Below, piece after piece: positions 1 to 13,500 of a DNA stretch of 64,000 bases. The position numbers and the translations under genes were made by a program. The DNA comes from Amphiscolops sp. MND2022 (taxonomy: Eukaryota). The DNA lies in assembly GCA_964187785.1 (NCBI GenBank), contig OZ076409.1, positions 58,654,001 to 58,718,000 of the forward strand, in the 5' to 3' direction. Within the stretch, counting starts at the first letter, position 1. Each line of letters starts with the position of its first letter. Below the pieces are notes generated by a model. The model was not told where the DNA came from and did no database searches. It was given only the letters and a program-made list of their open reading frames with translations.

Positions 1-156
1 TAGATCAGAAATAAGACTGCTGCTCTTCGAGTTTAACAGAACTAAAACAAAGACATTATCTGCTAAAAATATCGCCACAAAATGCTCTAATTCGGTAAAT
101 TACCCAAAAAGTTGAGTGTTTTATCAAAACAACGAGGTAAATTATGGTTCAAAAGA

Positions 157-977
157 TACCCATGTTGAACACTCCCTGCGAATCTGTACAGATCTGAACA
201 GATCCTGACAGGTATTCCAGGATTGGTCGAAAATCGACTATTAATGATTACAGTTTTGAAATTGAAATTAGTTGATTAAAAAGTGCTCTACGAGATAAAC
301 ACGCCTCCTGATTGAAGTTTTTAAAAAGTGTCTGTGCGAATTGGTACCGATATGTACAAATCCTGGCATCTATTCTAGGATTGTCAAAAATAACCCATAG
401 GAAAATGATCAATAAATCACTATAAACGTATTCCAACTTTCCATCAATTTCTAAAACTACTCCATCAAACCATGTTCCCTAAATATTACAACCACAGCAC
501 TTTATCACCACATCTACCCACCAAGACGGTGGCCTCTGTTCTAATTACACCCGCCAAAACGAAATCAATGTGGCAAACGAGCCTCTCAAAGTTGAAAAAC
601 CATTTCTGGAAAGTTCAAGTGAAATGGATAAATATACCGTGTGTTACCAATACCGAACATCCCCAGACACCACAACTACCAAGATGGGGACAAGCTTTCC
701 TGCTTGCTAGAGAATTTTGAGTGATGGAGAGTTTCAACTGATTGAGTTTTGATCAGCCAAAATACTTGTTGAAGAAGCCCAAAATTGATATACATAGTTT
801 CACTGGAAGGTCCGGAAAAAGTCCTGAAATATTTGTACAGGAAATCTTTGATTATTTGTAAACATCCTTACAGATCTGCAGTTGTCCTTACGTAGCAGTG
901 GCACGATCTTTTGAAATACTCAAGAAAAATTGGCTCAGAGATCTGTAAAGATTCTCAAGGAAAACTCATCATGGGTA
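157..977. mobile_element. Putative decayed non-autonomous DNA transposon with imperfect terminal inverted repeats
   Basis: tacccatgttgaacactccctgcgaatctgtacagatct at 157-195 is an imperfect inverted copy of 939-977 (reverse complement tacccatgatgagttttccttgagaatctttacagatct). Both ends are TA-bounded. No transposase seen inside. Confidence 0.4.
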
Positions 978-1531
978 TGATATACGACACCTGATTAGTT
1001 GGTGGAACGACACTAAGTAGGTTTTTTGATAGTTTTGTTAGTTTGATAGTTTTGCCAAATATTTCTTTGGTACCAATGCGTCGCCATCCCTTTTCTGCTT
1101 CGAAATCATGAGATACATTTTAGTTATACTTTTGGCTTCAACAAAAATTGTCCGAATGCCCATCTTCAGTTCTTGGACTATCCTGGGTTTTTGTTCATTT
1201 ATCAGCTTAGGTTACTTAATTGACGCACCAGGGCATAGGCTCGAAGTGGTGCAAAACCTCATTCTCTGTCCTTTTTGAATACATCTAGCCTGAATATTTT
1301 AGGCTAACTATCATTGTAATAATCTGTATTCAATCAAATGAACATTCCTCTCCTTTCATGGAGCTAGTTAATTTTTTATGGGTCAACGAAGACATTTCAA
1401 AGTTGTTACATGAGGCTTTTTATCAGTTTTTGAACCTACTAGAGCTCAGTCAGTTCCCGAATAATGTTGTGGAAATAATGAAACATTTCATGTTGTGGTG
1501 GGGAAAGAAACTGCTTCCTTTTTCTATTCAC

Positions 1532-4500
1532 CTGGTAGTAGTCAGGATTTGCTGACCCTCGACCGACCCAATATTTGTAAAGATGTGCCTGAAATGATGT
1601 ATAATGAAATATATAATTTTTGGAATACTATTTTGATGCATGATGTTGTTTTGTAGGTTTTTATGGAAACAGCCATAATGATCTATATTTCGGAACAATT
1701 TCAGGTTATGCTTTGTATAGTGTTATGAATGGATTTGGGCTGAGATTCAGCATTATCATTTTGAAGTTTATGTTACTGAGGTAGCATGTTCAATAAATGC
1801 ATAAGTATGTATATCCTACACTTTGTACAAGACTGCTGCAAAATACTTTAATAAAATAGGACAATTTCAACGTTTGAGAAAGGGTACTATGTTTTGAGAA
1901 ATATTTCAGGTATAAGAGAAAAACTTGAAAAAGTCAACTTCAAAAGTTGTCTCTAAAAATTGAAGCGAATCAGCTTGACAAAATACAATTGGTTGAAAGG
2001 GTGACGAAACTAGCCTGTTATGTTTTAAGTGGCGATGCCATGATGAACATCTATTTTTCTTTTCGTTCTCGAACTGTTCTACAACCATTATCATTTTCAA
2101 GATTCCTGTTAGATTCCACCGCACCATTGTTATGAGCAATCCAATGTCTTCAATCTTCAATTATCAACGTCTCCAAACATTTCTCATAGAGTTCTCGTTA
2201 GAGGTGTATCGGACAACATGTCCGGTCCGGTATCCGGCCGGATTTTAAGAAAATGTCCTGTCCGGTATCCGGCCGGACTTTTTACAACGTAATATCTACT
2301 TTTTACAACGGATAATATCTAATAATAATAATCTTAAATAATCGGAATATCTATCTTAGAGAAAGTGTATGTGATTCGAAAAATTGAATTTGTGACTGTG
2401 AATCAAAGTTCATTAAATTATGGCGGAGCGAAAATAGTTTTTCACTGCTTTGTGGTAAAAGCCTGCTTCGTTTTTTTTTGTAATCCTCATTATCCAATTC
2501 TTAAAACAGCCCTTCATCGCTTACAATTGAGGATAATGTACACCCAGAAATTGTCGGTTGTTCATCTGAGGCTTCAAAAAAAGAGAGACGGTTCTCAATC
2601 AAGGCCTATAGTGTATATAGTCAGTGTTTCATAAATTAATCTGACGTGCTTCTTTCACAAGAACGCAAAAAATGCGTTGAAAATTTTGCATTTTCCGATA
2701 TATTCATCAGCAAACGTTTCCGCATTAGATGTAAATGAAATTCTGTTTCCTTACGAGAACTAGAGGTGCACCGGACAGGGAAGTTTCCATCCGGTCGGAC
2801 AACCGGACAGGACTGATTGAAGCCGGATACCGGCCGGACCGGTACTCGAGTAATTGGGGGCTAAGTTTCTGAACGGGTATTTCAACCTGATTTTTCATGT
2901 AAGTTCGCCTAAAGTAGAAGTTGCCCCAGAAATGTTCCAGACTATTGGCACCGCTGTATGTACAATGTTTTGTTGAGCTGATAAAACTAATCAAAAACTG
3001 ATAAACTGATATTAACAATATGGTATGTGAGTAAAACATTGACCTGATGCGAACATGGGCTAACGTCCATTCTTCCTCCACACATCCAAATTTTGAAAGA
3101 TATTTCGAGGTTCTCACCACCCCAAATAATGAATCCTGTGTCGTATTTTCCAAGTTCTAGCCACCAATTTCTGTGAATTCCAAAGCAGCATCCACACATC
3201 GTAGCAGCCGGAATTGAGTCAGAGTCGCTTTTTAAACTTGCAAAAACAAATCTCAAACAGTTCAAAAGAAAAGAATGAAATTCCGATTAAAAAGTGCAAA
3301 AAAAATTGTTCGTCAAAAAAAGATTTGCGCATTTCTTCCTTGTTCTTGAATCTCTTGAAGCTAACAATTTTTTTAGGAATGAAACAAATATCTTGCAGTT
3401 TTTTTGGTATTAATGTTTCCAATCATTTGGAGATATTTTTTTTTCAACAGAACTTTCAATGAAGCTGCTTCATCAAATGGTATTTTCGTCATTCCATTTT
3501 ATCAATGCCGAAACACTATCGGTCATTTTGGAAAAAAAACTTTATGGTTTCTGATCGTTTTAAGAGATCGAAATGAATATCACTGTACTGTATTAAATAC
3601 ATACTTCTTTCATCAACATTTTTGCATTCCTGTTTTGAAGTTTTACACTTTTTACACTTTTACACAGGTTAATAGCGTTACTTTTTACCTGAGGCAGTTT
3701 GGCATGTTTGCAAGTTTGGTCTTCTCACCTGGATTGAATTGATGTGAAGAAAATTTCTCTAAAAACATGATTCAGGCTCCAATCCATAGTATTAATATAC
3801 AACACTTTAGATGCACCTGAGACGCCGAAATGTTGGTAGTGAATCATGTCTAAAGTTGGGATCACTACATTTTTATAATCTTCTTTTATCCTCTGCAAGT
3901 ACGGTTCTAGCCAGCCCTCTCCTAATTCCATGTGAGCGTCCAGAAAAACCAAAACGTCTCCTGTGGGCAAGTATTTCACAAATGAAGCGTCTATTGAAAA
4001 CCCTGTTGAACAAATTTGACGACTATTTTTTTGCCTCCTCAGGATTGACTGACCTTGATTGGCATTTGGTAAAACAATTGGAAAAAACATTCAAGTTGCT
4101 TTCATGTGTACAAGGCTAATGCTTTACAAAAAATGGAAAACTCCGGGAGAATTTTTGGAAAACCGTGGTAGGATTACAATGCAAGGTCCGCTATTTCATT
4201 TGGAGTTGAAAAACAATTGTACTTCACCGTCTCAATCACTTCCTTTTCTCAAGTACTCAACTATGTAATCGCTTAGTCAAATTACACGCTAAAACTTGAA
4301 GATACCTCGAAACCTTTGAAGTGTTTGAGAGAGAGAAGTTAATTTCCCCATTACCGCGGGGTGGACGCCGAATAAGCCGTTCTGCTTTTCTAAGTCGGCG
4401 CCCTTTCGGATACTATCTCCCCATAGCAAGCTATGGTACCATATTTGCAGCCAAGTGGTCAAGTAATGGTGGACTTGAAGCTGTGGTTTCAAAGTGACTT

Positions 4501-7500
4501 GCTCAAGGTCACAAAGGTCTGACTGCTCACCGTTGCTCTTTTTGTTATGCTTTTCTCCGCCAAATGCGTTATTTTTTGTCATTGACCATACCACTAAGCT
4601 AGGGATGAAGGACTTGCTTAAGGACCAACAATGGTGAGTTGAAAGAGATTCGAACCTGATACCGCCCCAGTACAGGCTGAATGCTCTACCCACTACGCCA
4701 TGCTCCCCGTGAATGTAGTTGCTTTGCAAAAAAAATCACAATTGTTATTGAGTTTCAGCTGAAGAAATGTTTGCATACGCCTTCACAAAAAAAATCAACA
4801 AAAGAAACTGAAAGCATGCCAGGAGGCATTTTTAGTCAGGATTTTGAGTTCGAGCTGGTTAATTCTACAAATAACTCGCAAAGAAACTCAAAAATGTTTT
4901 TCATTTCAACACCCACCCGAAAGGATACGCCTAAGACTGACACGAAAACCACTTTCTCCCCAACTGAAAACCCATCTTGCTCAACCGAAAACCTCTCAAA
5001 AAACAAAAATCTGAAAAAATCAATAATTTCGAAAGTTTTTTTTCGAAAAATGTCTCCGGTAAGTCGCATAGTGCCGAAAATCCTAAGGAGTCCTCTATGC
5101 TCGCAAAACCTTTGGGCTCTAGTAAAAATCGAAGGATACTGCAGTATCCTTCGATTTTTACTAGAGCCCAAAGGTTTTGCGAGCATAGAGGACTCCTTAG
5201 GATTTTCGGCACTATGCGACTTACCGGAGACATTTTTCGAAAAAAAACTTTCGAAATTATTGATTTTTTCAGATTTTTGTTTTTTGAGAGGTTTTCGGTT
5301 GAGCAAGATGGGTTTTCAGTTGGGGAGAAAGTGGTTTTCGTGTCAGTCTTAGGCGTATCCTTTCGGGTGGGTGTTGAAATGAAAAACATTTTTGAGTTTC
5401 TTTGCGAGTTATTTGTAGAATTAACCAGCTCGAACTCAAAATCCTGACTAAAAATTTCATTCCTGCACGGTCACTATCATCATACACCGAGTTTCTTGCT
5501 CAATACAATTACATCGGGGATCCGGATACTAAAGCTTAATTTTACTGGAAAAAGTTGACAATTGTCAATTTCACTTCAAAATGTCAATTTAAAAATCTGA
5601 AAGTGATATGGAAACGAATGATTGTATTATTACCAATAGACGACTAGTGTTTTGAACTTCCATCCAAGTCTTGTTTCAAAAAGTTTTTTTTTGTTCCGAA
5701 GGTGCTTTATCTTATTGACTATTTAGATTCTGATAAATGAACAATTTCGAAATACTCGCCCGTTGCTCTGTCGGCGCCCACGATTCGGGACTTAACCATA
5801 CCTAGCTCTGCTTTGTTTCTGTACAGTTTCACCAGCGAAGGAAACAAAAACTCAATCGCTCGTGGCAACAGAAACTTCGTTGATGCCGATTCGCTGTAGT
5901 CGTCAACCAAAATGATCTCTTTCAATAGATCTGAAATGAAACCATTTGTCTCTAAAAACTTTACTATTTTACTAAGATTTAAGTAATTTTCAGAACTTAT
6001 TGGAGTGAATTTGAGAAAGTTAATTGAAGTTTATTCACATTAATTATTTCAAATTGAAGAAAACTAACTTCTAGGACTGGTAGTCAGAACGCTGGTGATT
6101 GTTCTGAGAACCACTGAAGTCTCTTCGTTTCTCATGATAATAATCACAGATGCCGACGGCAGATTTTCGTCATACTTCAAGTTCCTGCAATCAGCATTCC
6201 TCCTGTCAGGAATCGCCCGATATAGAGGGACCATGTCGCTGACTAGAGCACTCCAACCAACCAGTTCTGATTGTTTCTGAGCCACTTTTGATTGTTCTTC
6301 ATTCAGTATTACAGAATCTCCGTTATGACCTGGAAATAAATAAAGTAAACCCATGCTTTTCCAGAAGATCAGTGCATCTATTGAAGCCTTTTTTTGAAGA
6401 TGATTTTAAAAGACGTTGACGTTATTTTGATTCTGCTAAGTTCAATGGGCAGCAGTCCTTTTCTATCCTACGAGTAGCATATGTGCATGGGTTATCAGCT
6501 TTCATTATTAAATCGAACCGGGACTCGTGTTTCAGATTTTCAACAACCTCTGTGAAAACTTCTACTACAAAAACTCGAAAACACTGAGAACGCTTTGTTT
6601 CTCAGTTGTTTCGTTGAGACAATCCACCTTCTTTCAAACAAATTACTCGCAGAATTCTCCACTGTGCTTTTTCAATTTTTTCTCAAGTAAATTTTGGCTA
6701 GTTTTTTTCTATCTTAAACAACGATTTCACATGTGAAATATCAAACAGGAGTATGCACCATGATGAATAAAGATGTCTCACTTTTTACAACAGCCGTCTG
6801 AATTGATTAAATGTCCTAGCTACGTGGTCAACATGATCTCTGAATGTCGTTTTACTATCCACATAAAGTCACAAACACTTACACGAAATACACGAAACTA
6901 TTCGCGGTAATTTTTGCTTCATAAGCCTGTTACAAAGTTGTCCTCCGAGCCCAAACTTCAAAACATGTTTTTTGAAGCATTCATCGTCAATCTATTTGAT
7001 GAGAACAAAATCGCCATTTTATCTAAGTGGTTTTGTGTTTCTGACGTCCTCTGTCTTTGCAGGCTCCAATTAGAAATGTGTCATCAGCAAACATCGCAGT
7101 TTGGTTCTTTTTTGCAAAGTCAGGTAAAACATTGAAAAAACCAAAAACAAGAAAAGTTTTAAATCTGACTTGCGGTGCACCTGTTGTAATTTTATGCCTA
7201 GTTACTTTTTTACATCCGAAAGACGTACTGCATCAAATCTTTCATTTGTCTTCAATTAAATGACAAACTAGCCCGCGGAATCCATAATCATGAAGTCTCT
7301 GAAGCAAACGTTTATGATCAAGAGAGTCAAAAGCTTTTTTAGTCGGCGCTTTTCTTCGAGTCGACTATAGTCATGGCTTTTCGTCAGTGTTTTTTTAAGA
7401 CCACCTGAACTGACCAAAATAGTTCTACAAAAGTTCTACAAAATATTATTGCACCAAATTGCACCATAAGGCCTAGAGAACTGAACCAAAAAGGTTTTTC

Positions 7501-10500
7501 CTGCTTTCCCGCGTAACATACCATAACGGGCGAGACCAAAGGGTCCCCTCTTTCAGTTTTTTCGGCATTGTGAGACTTTTTCCAAATTTTTTTTTCATAA
7601 AAGGGTCCCCAACTCACCAATACTTTGACATATTGAAGTCCTTTTGCTATTTTTGAGCCTTAGAAATGGCGCCGACTTGGGCCGTTCCCGGCTTGTTTCA
7701 ATTGAAACAAGCTTGGTCACTGAGTTTACGATCAATTTGCGTTGACCCTATGTTCGGTTATTGCAGAAATCGAATGGTTGCACAAGTGCTTAGGAAAGCC
7801 TACTCACAGAGGTTAGACGGCTCAGATCATTATTTTCAAAATTATTGCTATCTCCTTTCTTGGAAAGTGGAATAATATTTGCAGCTTTCTTGCATTCCGG
7901 AAATTTGCGTTCTATCAAACAGATATTAGAAATTTTACCTAAAAATTTTTCTGTCCCCGATGAACAACATTTCAGTTTTATTTACTGAGTTTATCATGAC
8001 CACTACTTTTTTCAAATCTTTCAGTTATTTCACGATTTTTCAAATCTCATTTTTACTGTTTTTGTCAAATTTGTTTTTCTTCCGAATTTCCGCAAGGATT
8101 CCAGATGTCGGTATGAACAATTCAAACTCAGATTCAGGTAGAGCTTCAGATAATTTCTATCCGATAGATAAATTCTTTCCGATTTTTTTCCTATTTTTTT
8201 TCCGCGCTTTCTTAGAACATACATAACATCTAACACGTACATAAATTTGGATAAATTGTTTCCAAAGTTCGGATGTAACGTTTTCAAAGTTCGGATCAAC
8301 GTTATCGATTTTTTTTCTCCAAACGTTTACATAATTTGCGTCCAATGTAAAGCTTTAGGGTTAGGTTTTGAATACTATAGTATTTTTGTGGATTTTCGAA
8401 AAAAAATTTGATTCAACAAGTGATACTAAAACCACGTCCCTCGGGTGCTCTTTTGTGCCTTGAGTGGGCGTCGACTTGAGCCGTTCCCGGCTCATTGGTA
8501 ATTAAATTGGACATCAAAGACGTGACTGGTTTTCTTTGGCGTCATAATTCTCTCCGTTTTCATGTTTTGGATCGATATTCGATTGCTGGAACAGAATATC
8601 TGTTTTTGTATTGCGATTTTGATCCTATTGTTTATCTAATTGTTCGACGACGAATTTTCTGAACAAACCCGGTGCGAATCAGTCAAAATTTTCTAGAATG
8701 GTTCAGAAATGTTTTCAAGTGTGAAATTTTGATCGAGTAGGGGCAAAAAATTCACAGCTTCGTCTCCTTCGATGCATTCCAAGTTCCTCGTTTCGATCAA
8801 TTTTTGCTGTTTTTCATTGGAAGTTTCAGTGTCTATATGTATTTCGCCAATAACTGTAATAATCACTAAAAGTTACGGAAAAGCTCGTTAAAAGATGGTC
8901 CAAACATGTTGATGAAATCGGTGTGAGTCGATAGCAGTCCTAATTTGAGCTTCATGAGAAACATTCCAATAATCGTCTTTGCACTTTGTTCTGGTCCAAT
9001 TGACTTACCAAAAGGTGAGAGTTACTTTTTTGCGGTATGAACAGCTTTATCGTATAAATTTATCCATGTTTTCATCGTCAGACATCATCACTGTTTCTCT
9101 GCAGAGATGGGGCCCCATGGGGCATCTTGTTTGTTTAGGTTGTTTTTTTGATGAGAAGGTATCTTCTGAAAACTAATACAAATTTTCAAAACTGAAAATT
9201 CTAAGAGTTTTTTCATCGCTAAAACCAAATATTCAATTGTCAAAACTATATCCACAACTGTATTCCTCGAAAATTTGACTGAATTCGCAACTACTGACCG
9301 TCTGTTTTCTGAAATTCTGAAATTTCGGGTTTAAAATATCCCTGAAGTTACTTGAAGAACCAGTTATTTGATCCAAGTTATTTGATTACACCACCCTCAG
9401 GTGATCATGTGACAATAAAAAGTTGATCAAGTGACTTTTTTAATCAACAGTTGTAGCTCACACTACGTAATATGAAACACAGTGCCTTGCGAAAACTTAC
9501 GCATAATATGCCAAGGAGAAAATACACATCTCCCAGTCCAAATGTTAAAAAAAACTCGGAGCAATTGAAATCTGAAAAAGAATCTACTGATCGGAAAACT
9601 AGACCAAATGAATTTGTTCTGAATTTGTTAACTCAAAAACATGACTAAACGAATGCTTGAATCATCCGAGAAAAGTGAAAATTATTCTTTTACTTCAAAA
9701 AATTGTTTTCAAAATTATGGAAAGGTCACGCGGAGCCACAAAACGCAAGAAGGGGATTTGTAAGGCCTGAAAGAAATTCGGGGTTTAGTCTTTTGGTTGC
9801 AACGCTGGATGCACTTTAGGCGTTAGGCTCAGTCTGTTCAAAAAGTATGCATCATTTTTTGAAAGAAAGTTGCACAGTATTGATGATACTGGAATGTTTC
9901 TCATATATTTTCGAAAACAACTATTGAGGAGACTCATCAATCTAACACTACGAACTGTTTCTATCAACAGGAATCTCAAAAACCAAAAAGTAGTGGGGAA
10001 CATTTCTCCGAAAGGTCGCTCAGTGGCAAAAAACTGAGGCTCGCAAAACTCTTCATTTTTGTTAAAAACCAAAGCGAAACCTTTGACGGCAACAAAAATA
10101 GCTCAAAAATAGGAGAAAAAAATTGAATGCGCGACCCTTTGTTCTCCTCTCTACGTTTGCCAGTGTGTAACTGAATTTTTGGACTAGCGTGAGAATAGAA
10201 ACTACCTACTCCTGCTTCTTAGGCCCCATCGCCTCGCAGAAGAACACGCGTTAACCTATCGGGCAAGTGGAAAGTACGTTCCAGTTTTCCACCCGCGCGT
10301 CTTGTAGTGGATAAAAATCGTGCTAAAGCTAAAGTTTTTTGTTTCCTAAGAAATCGAAAATTGAGAAAACGTATGTTTTCAACTCTGCTTGATATTTTTA
10401 ATCACTTGCTCCATTGTCTAATCAGTCAATATTAGAATTGCACGCATTGTCATTCAGTGTCATTCAGTGAGTAAAACAAAAAAGACACTCGCTAAGTATC

Positions 10501-13500
10501 GGGCTAGATGACGCTACGACGTAATGCCTGGGAAAACAGAAAAAATTCAGGCTCCAGTCCGGGTTCGAGCCCACTACCAACTGTCTGTCAGGCGGACCCC
10601 CTACCAACCGTGCCACCGTGACTTAAACACTGACTTAACTTAATTACTCTAATCATAAATCACTTCAGTAACTAAATGGAGTTTATCATTAATGTGCTTT
10701 TGGCGAACACATATGATTTTCCTCACTCTACATGAATGAATTTATGAGGGCATGAAATATCAAACGAGTGACTGTTGTCTCACTGACATATACGTGTCTG
10801 TCGTTATTATTAGCACGGTATTGTTCAAAGCAGGTACTGTCGCACATTCATTGGTCACTTAGTGTTGTATGTGGTTATTAGGACTTCTAGCAATTTTTAT
10901 GTGATTAGATTCAGCTAATCTGGGAGTTAAAACGCAAAACATATCGCAATTGCATAACGAATTGCTCGGCAAACTCAGGTCTACAAGGAACGTTGTGATG
11001 CCATGAATTTGCAACCTCATTTCTAGTCGGCGTTTTCGAAGAAAATGAACGACTCTTACAGTGGCTAGTTGTTTTCGTCAGTTCAACGCGATCGGTCCAC
11101 TTTCATTTGTTCATTTTTTTGTTCATTTGTTCAACATCATCAACTTGAACTACGGACGTCCAAAACAGACTCAAAACCCCAGAACCTCGTCCAAAACAAA
11201 AACATCGACGTCCAGAACCTCGTCCAAAACAAAAGCTGAAAAAGAGTTGCGGGTTCGACATTGTAATAAATATCCGTTTATCTTTGCGGTTACGCTCAAT
11301 TGAAGTGACCCAGATTGATTGGAGGGTCGAATTTTGGAATGTTCAAAACCCGTTATCTAGTGTTTATTGACCGTTCCGATCAATCTGGGAGTCTATTTCT
11401 TTGAAGGGAAAAGTATTTTATATGAAAGATTCCTTTAGTTAGATTTCAGTGTTAAGGTAAAGGAAGCATCGATTGAATGAAGGTAATTCAACAGAAGAGT
11501 TTGAGTTGATAATAAATTGCGTGGAAGAAAGTTTTTCAAAACTCCAAGTTGACGGAAATATTCAATTGCTTTTTCCGGAAGTGTGAAAAGTTTGTTCTGA
11601 AGTTCGGAATTGAATCTTGAGAATTGACTTGAAGCCACGTGAAAGATTCTTTTTGAGATGATAACTAACAGCCGGCCTCATTTTGCAACGCAAAATAAAT
11701 TTCCAAAATAGAGATCGGAAAAAAATGAAATACAACTCAATTTTCAGTTCCATCATGATCATAGCTGTTTAAAGGTGCAATTTGTACAGCTGGATATTCC
11801 TTCTCACCCAGTTGAGTTTTGATTAGATATCTTTTGAATTGGGTTGAATATTGAGACAGTGCCTTAATGACACGACCAAAGGCCATAAAGCTCTTGGAGT
11901 CAGTTCTTTTAAAATCCAAATTTGTTTACCAGGTTTCAAATCTGGTTTAGCTGTCCATATCTTTGTTGGTAATAAAGTTGGGTAATATTCTTTGCAGTCG
12001 CTTCCATACGTGGTCAGCCAGTTGTTGCGCAAATTTCCATTGTCGAGTCAAAGGTGTGCTATTGTCATGGTAAAAGATCAAAGGAATTTTTGCCATGAGC
12101 TTTCCCCAAGAGAAAATGATTAAGAGTAAGCGCTTCTATGTCACGAACATCTGTGGAATCACTAGTCAGTTGACGGCAGTTCAAGAAATTTTCTACTTTG
12201 CAAAGTAGTGTTGTAAATGTGTCGTCAGTCAGGGTTTGGCATCCAAGGATGGAGTAAAACGAATCCTTGCAGGATTAAATTAAACGTTCCCACACACCTC
12301 TGAAATGAGAAGCTTGGATAGGATTGAAATACCATTGTATTTCGAAATTGGTCAGAAAGTCATGTACTAGAGTCGAGTCGAAAATTGTTTGTACTTCTTT
12401 CTCGGCAGCAGTGAAGTTTGTTCCCCTGTCAGACACTAGTTGCGCTGGATAACCGCGCCGAGAGAAGAAACGTCGGAGGGCGTTCATAGTTGCATCGCAT
12501 GAGACATCGACACACATTTCCAAATGAACCGCTCTTTTAGTCAGACAAGTAAGTATTAGAGCGTATCGTTTGTTATAGGTAGACGAAGATTGAGAGGCGA
12601 AGGGGTCAAACATGTCAAAATACGTTTGTTGGAAATGGAAAGGTTTTTCATCTGGAAAGCAGAATTCGGGAAGTGGTGACATCTGTGGGAACTCCGCAGC
12701 TGCGTGTTGTCGTCAACATTCGCGGCAACGTTTGAGCATCTTACGAGTCTCATTTGTTATCGACAGATTCCAAAACTCGTTCTGAAGCACGTTTTTGGTG
12801 TGCTGTAGAGGGGAATGACTGTTGGTAACGTGTATATATCGTATGAACAATTTAAACACAGGATGTTTGCCATCTAAGATAATGGGATGTTTTGGCAATA
12901 CGCAGAATCCGATTTCTGGAGTCGGCCTCCTGCTCTAATGAAATCATTGGCAGAAAAGAAAGGACCCAAATGTGTTGAGCGACTGCTTTTTTCAACTGGT
13001 CTGTTGCTGGTTAGAGCTAGCGTCGCGGGATGAAAGGAGTCTCATTGGGACTGACGTAAAAGGTACAGTTTTGCGTTTGATATATCCTTAGGCTGAACGC
13101 AACCATGAGCAATGTCAGGCTGACTTGAGCCTTGCAGCATACTGTTAGTGCTGGAGTCCAGCCAGACATGCTGCTTGATGGCATGTGAGTTGCCTGAATT
13201 GCTCGGATCATTTACCGTCTCATCGTAATCAACACTTGCACGAAAGGATTTGAAAATGCGAACTGCACGAATGACTGTTGCAGTGACACGAACTAGCTTC
13301 GTCCAATTTGAGAAAGTTTCGAAGTCAAGGATGGGTTCTAGTGGAGATTTGCTTCGAGCGCCTTGCATTGTAACTTCTTCATTTCCAATAAAACTGTGAT
13401 GAAGAAGCCATCGATGTTCTGGTTGCTGAAGACATCGTGGGCCAGAGAACCACCTGCACTCAGAGGAGAAAACTTTCAACGGCAAACCTCTGGTTCTATC

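Noticed and set aside
480..830. Ricin-type lectin exons of GALNT (QKWFF...C...RC...W on the minus strand)
   Set aside because: In-frame stops, no consistent splice phases, and the region lies between putative transposon inverted repeats.
4640..4708. Functional tRNA gene
   Set aside because: The acceptor stem does not pair and the sequence continues into a SINE body. The same pairing problem applies to 10545-10622.
4681..5487. Paired 150-220 aa ORFs on both strands
   Set aside because: They mirror each other because of the palindrome and have no protein-family motifs.
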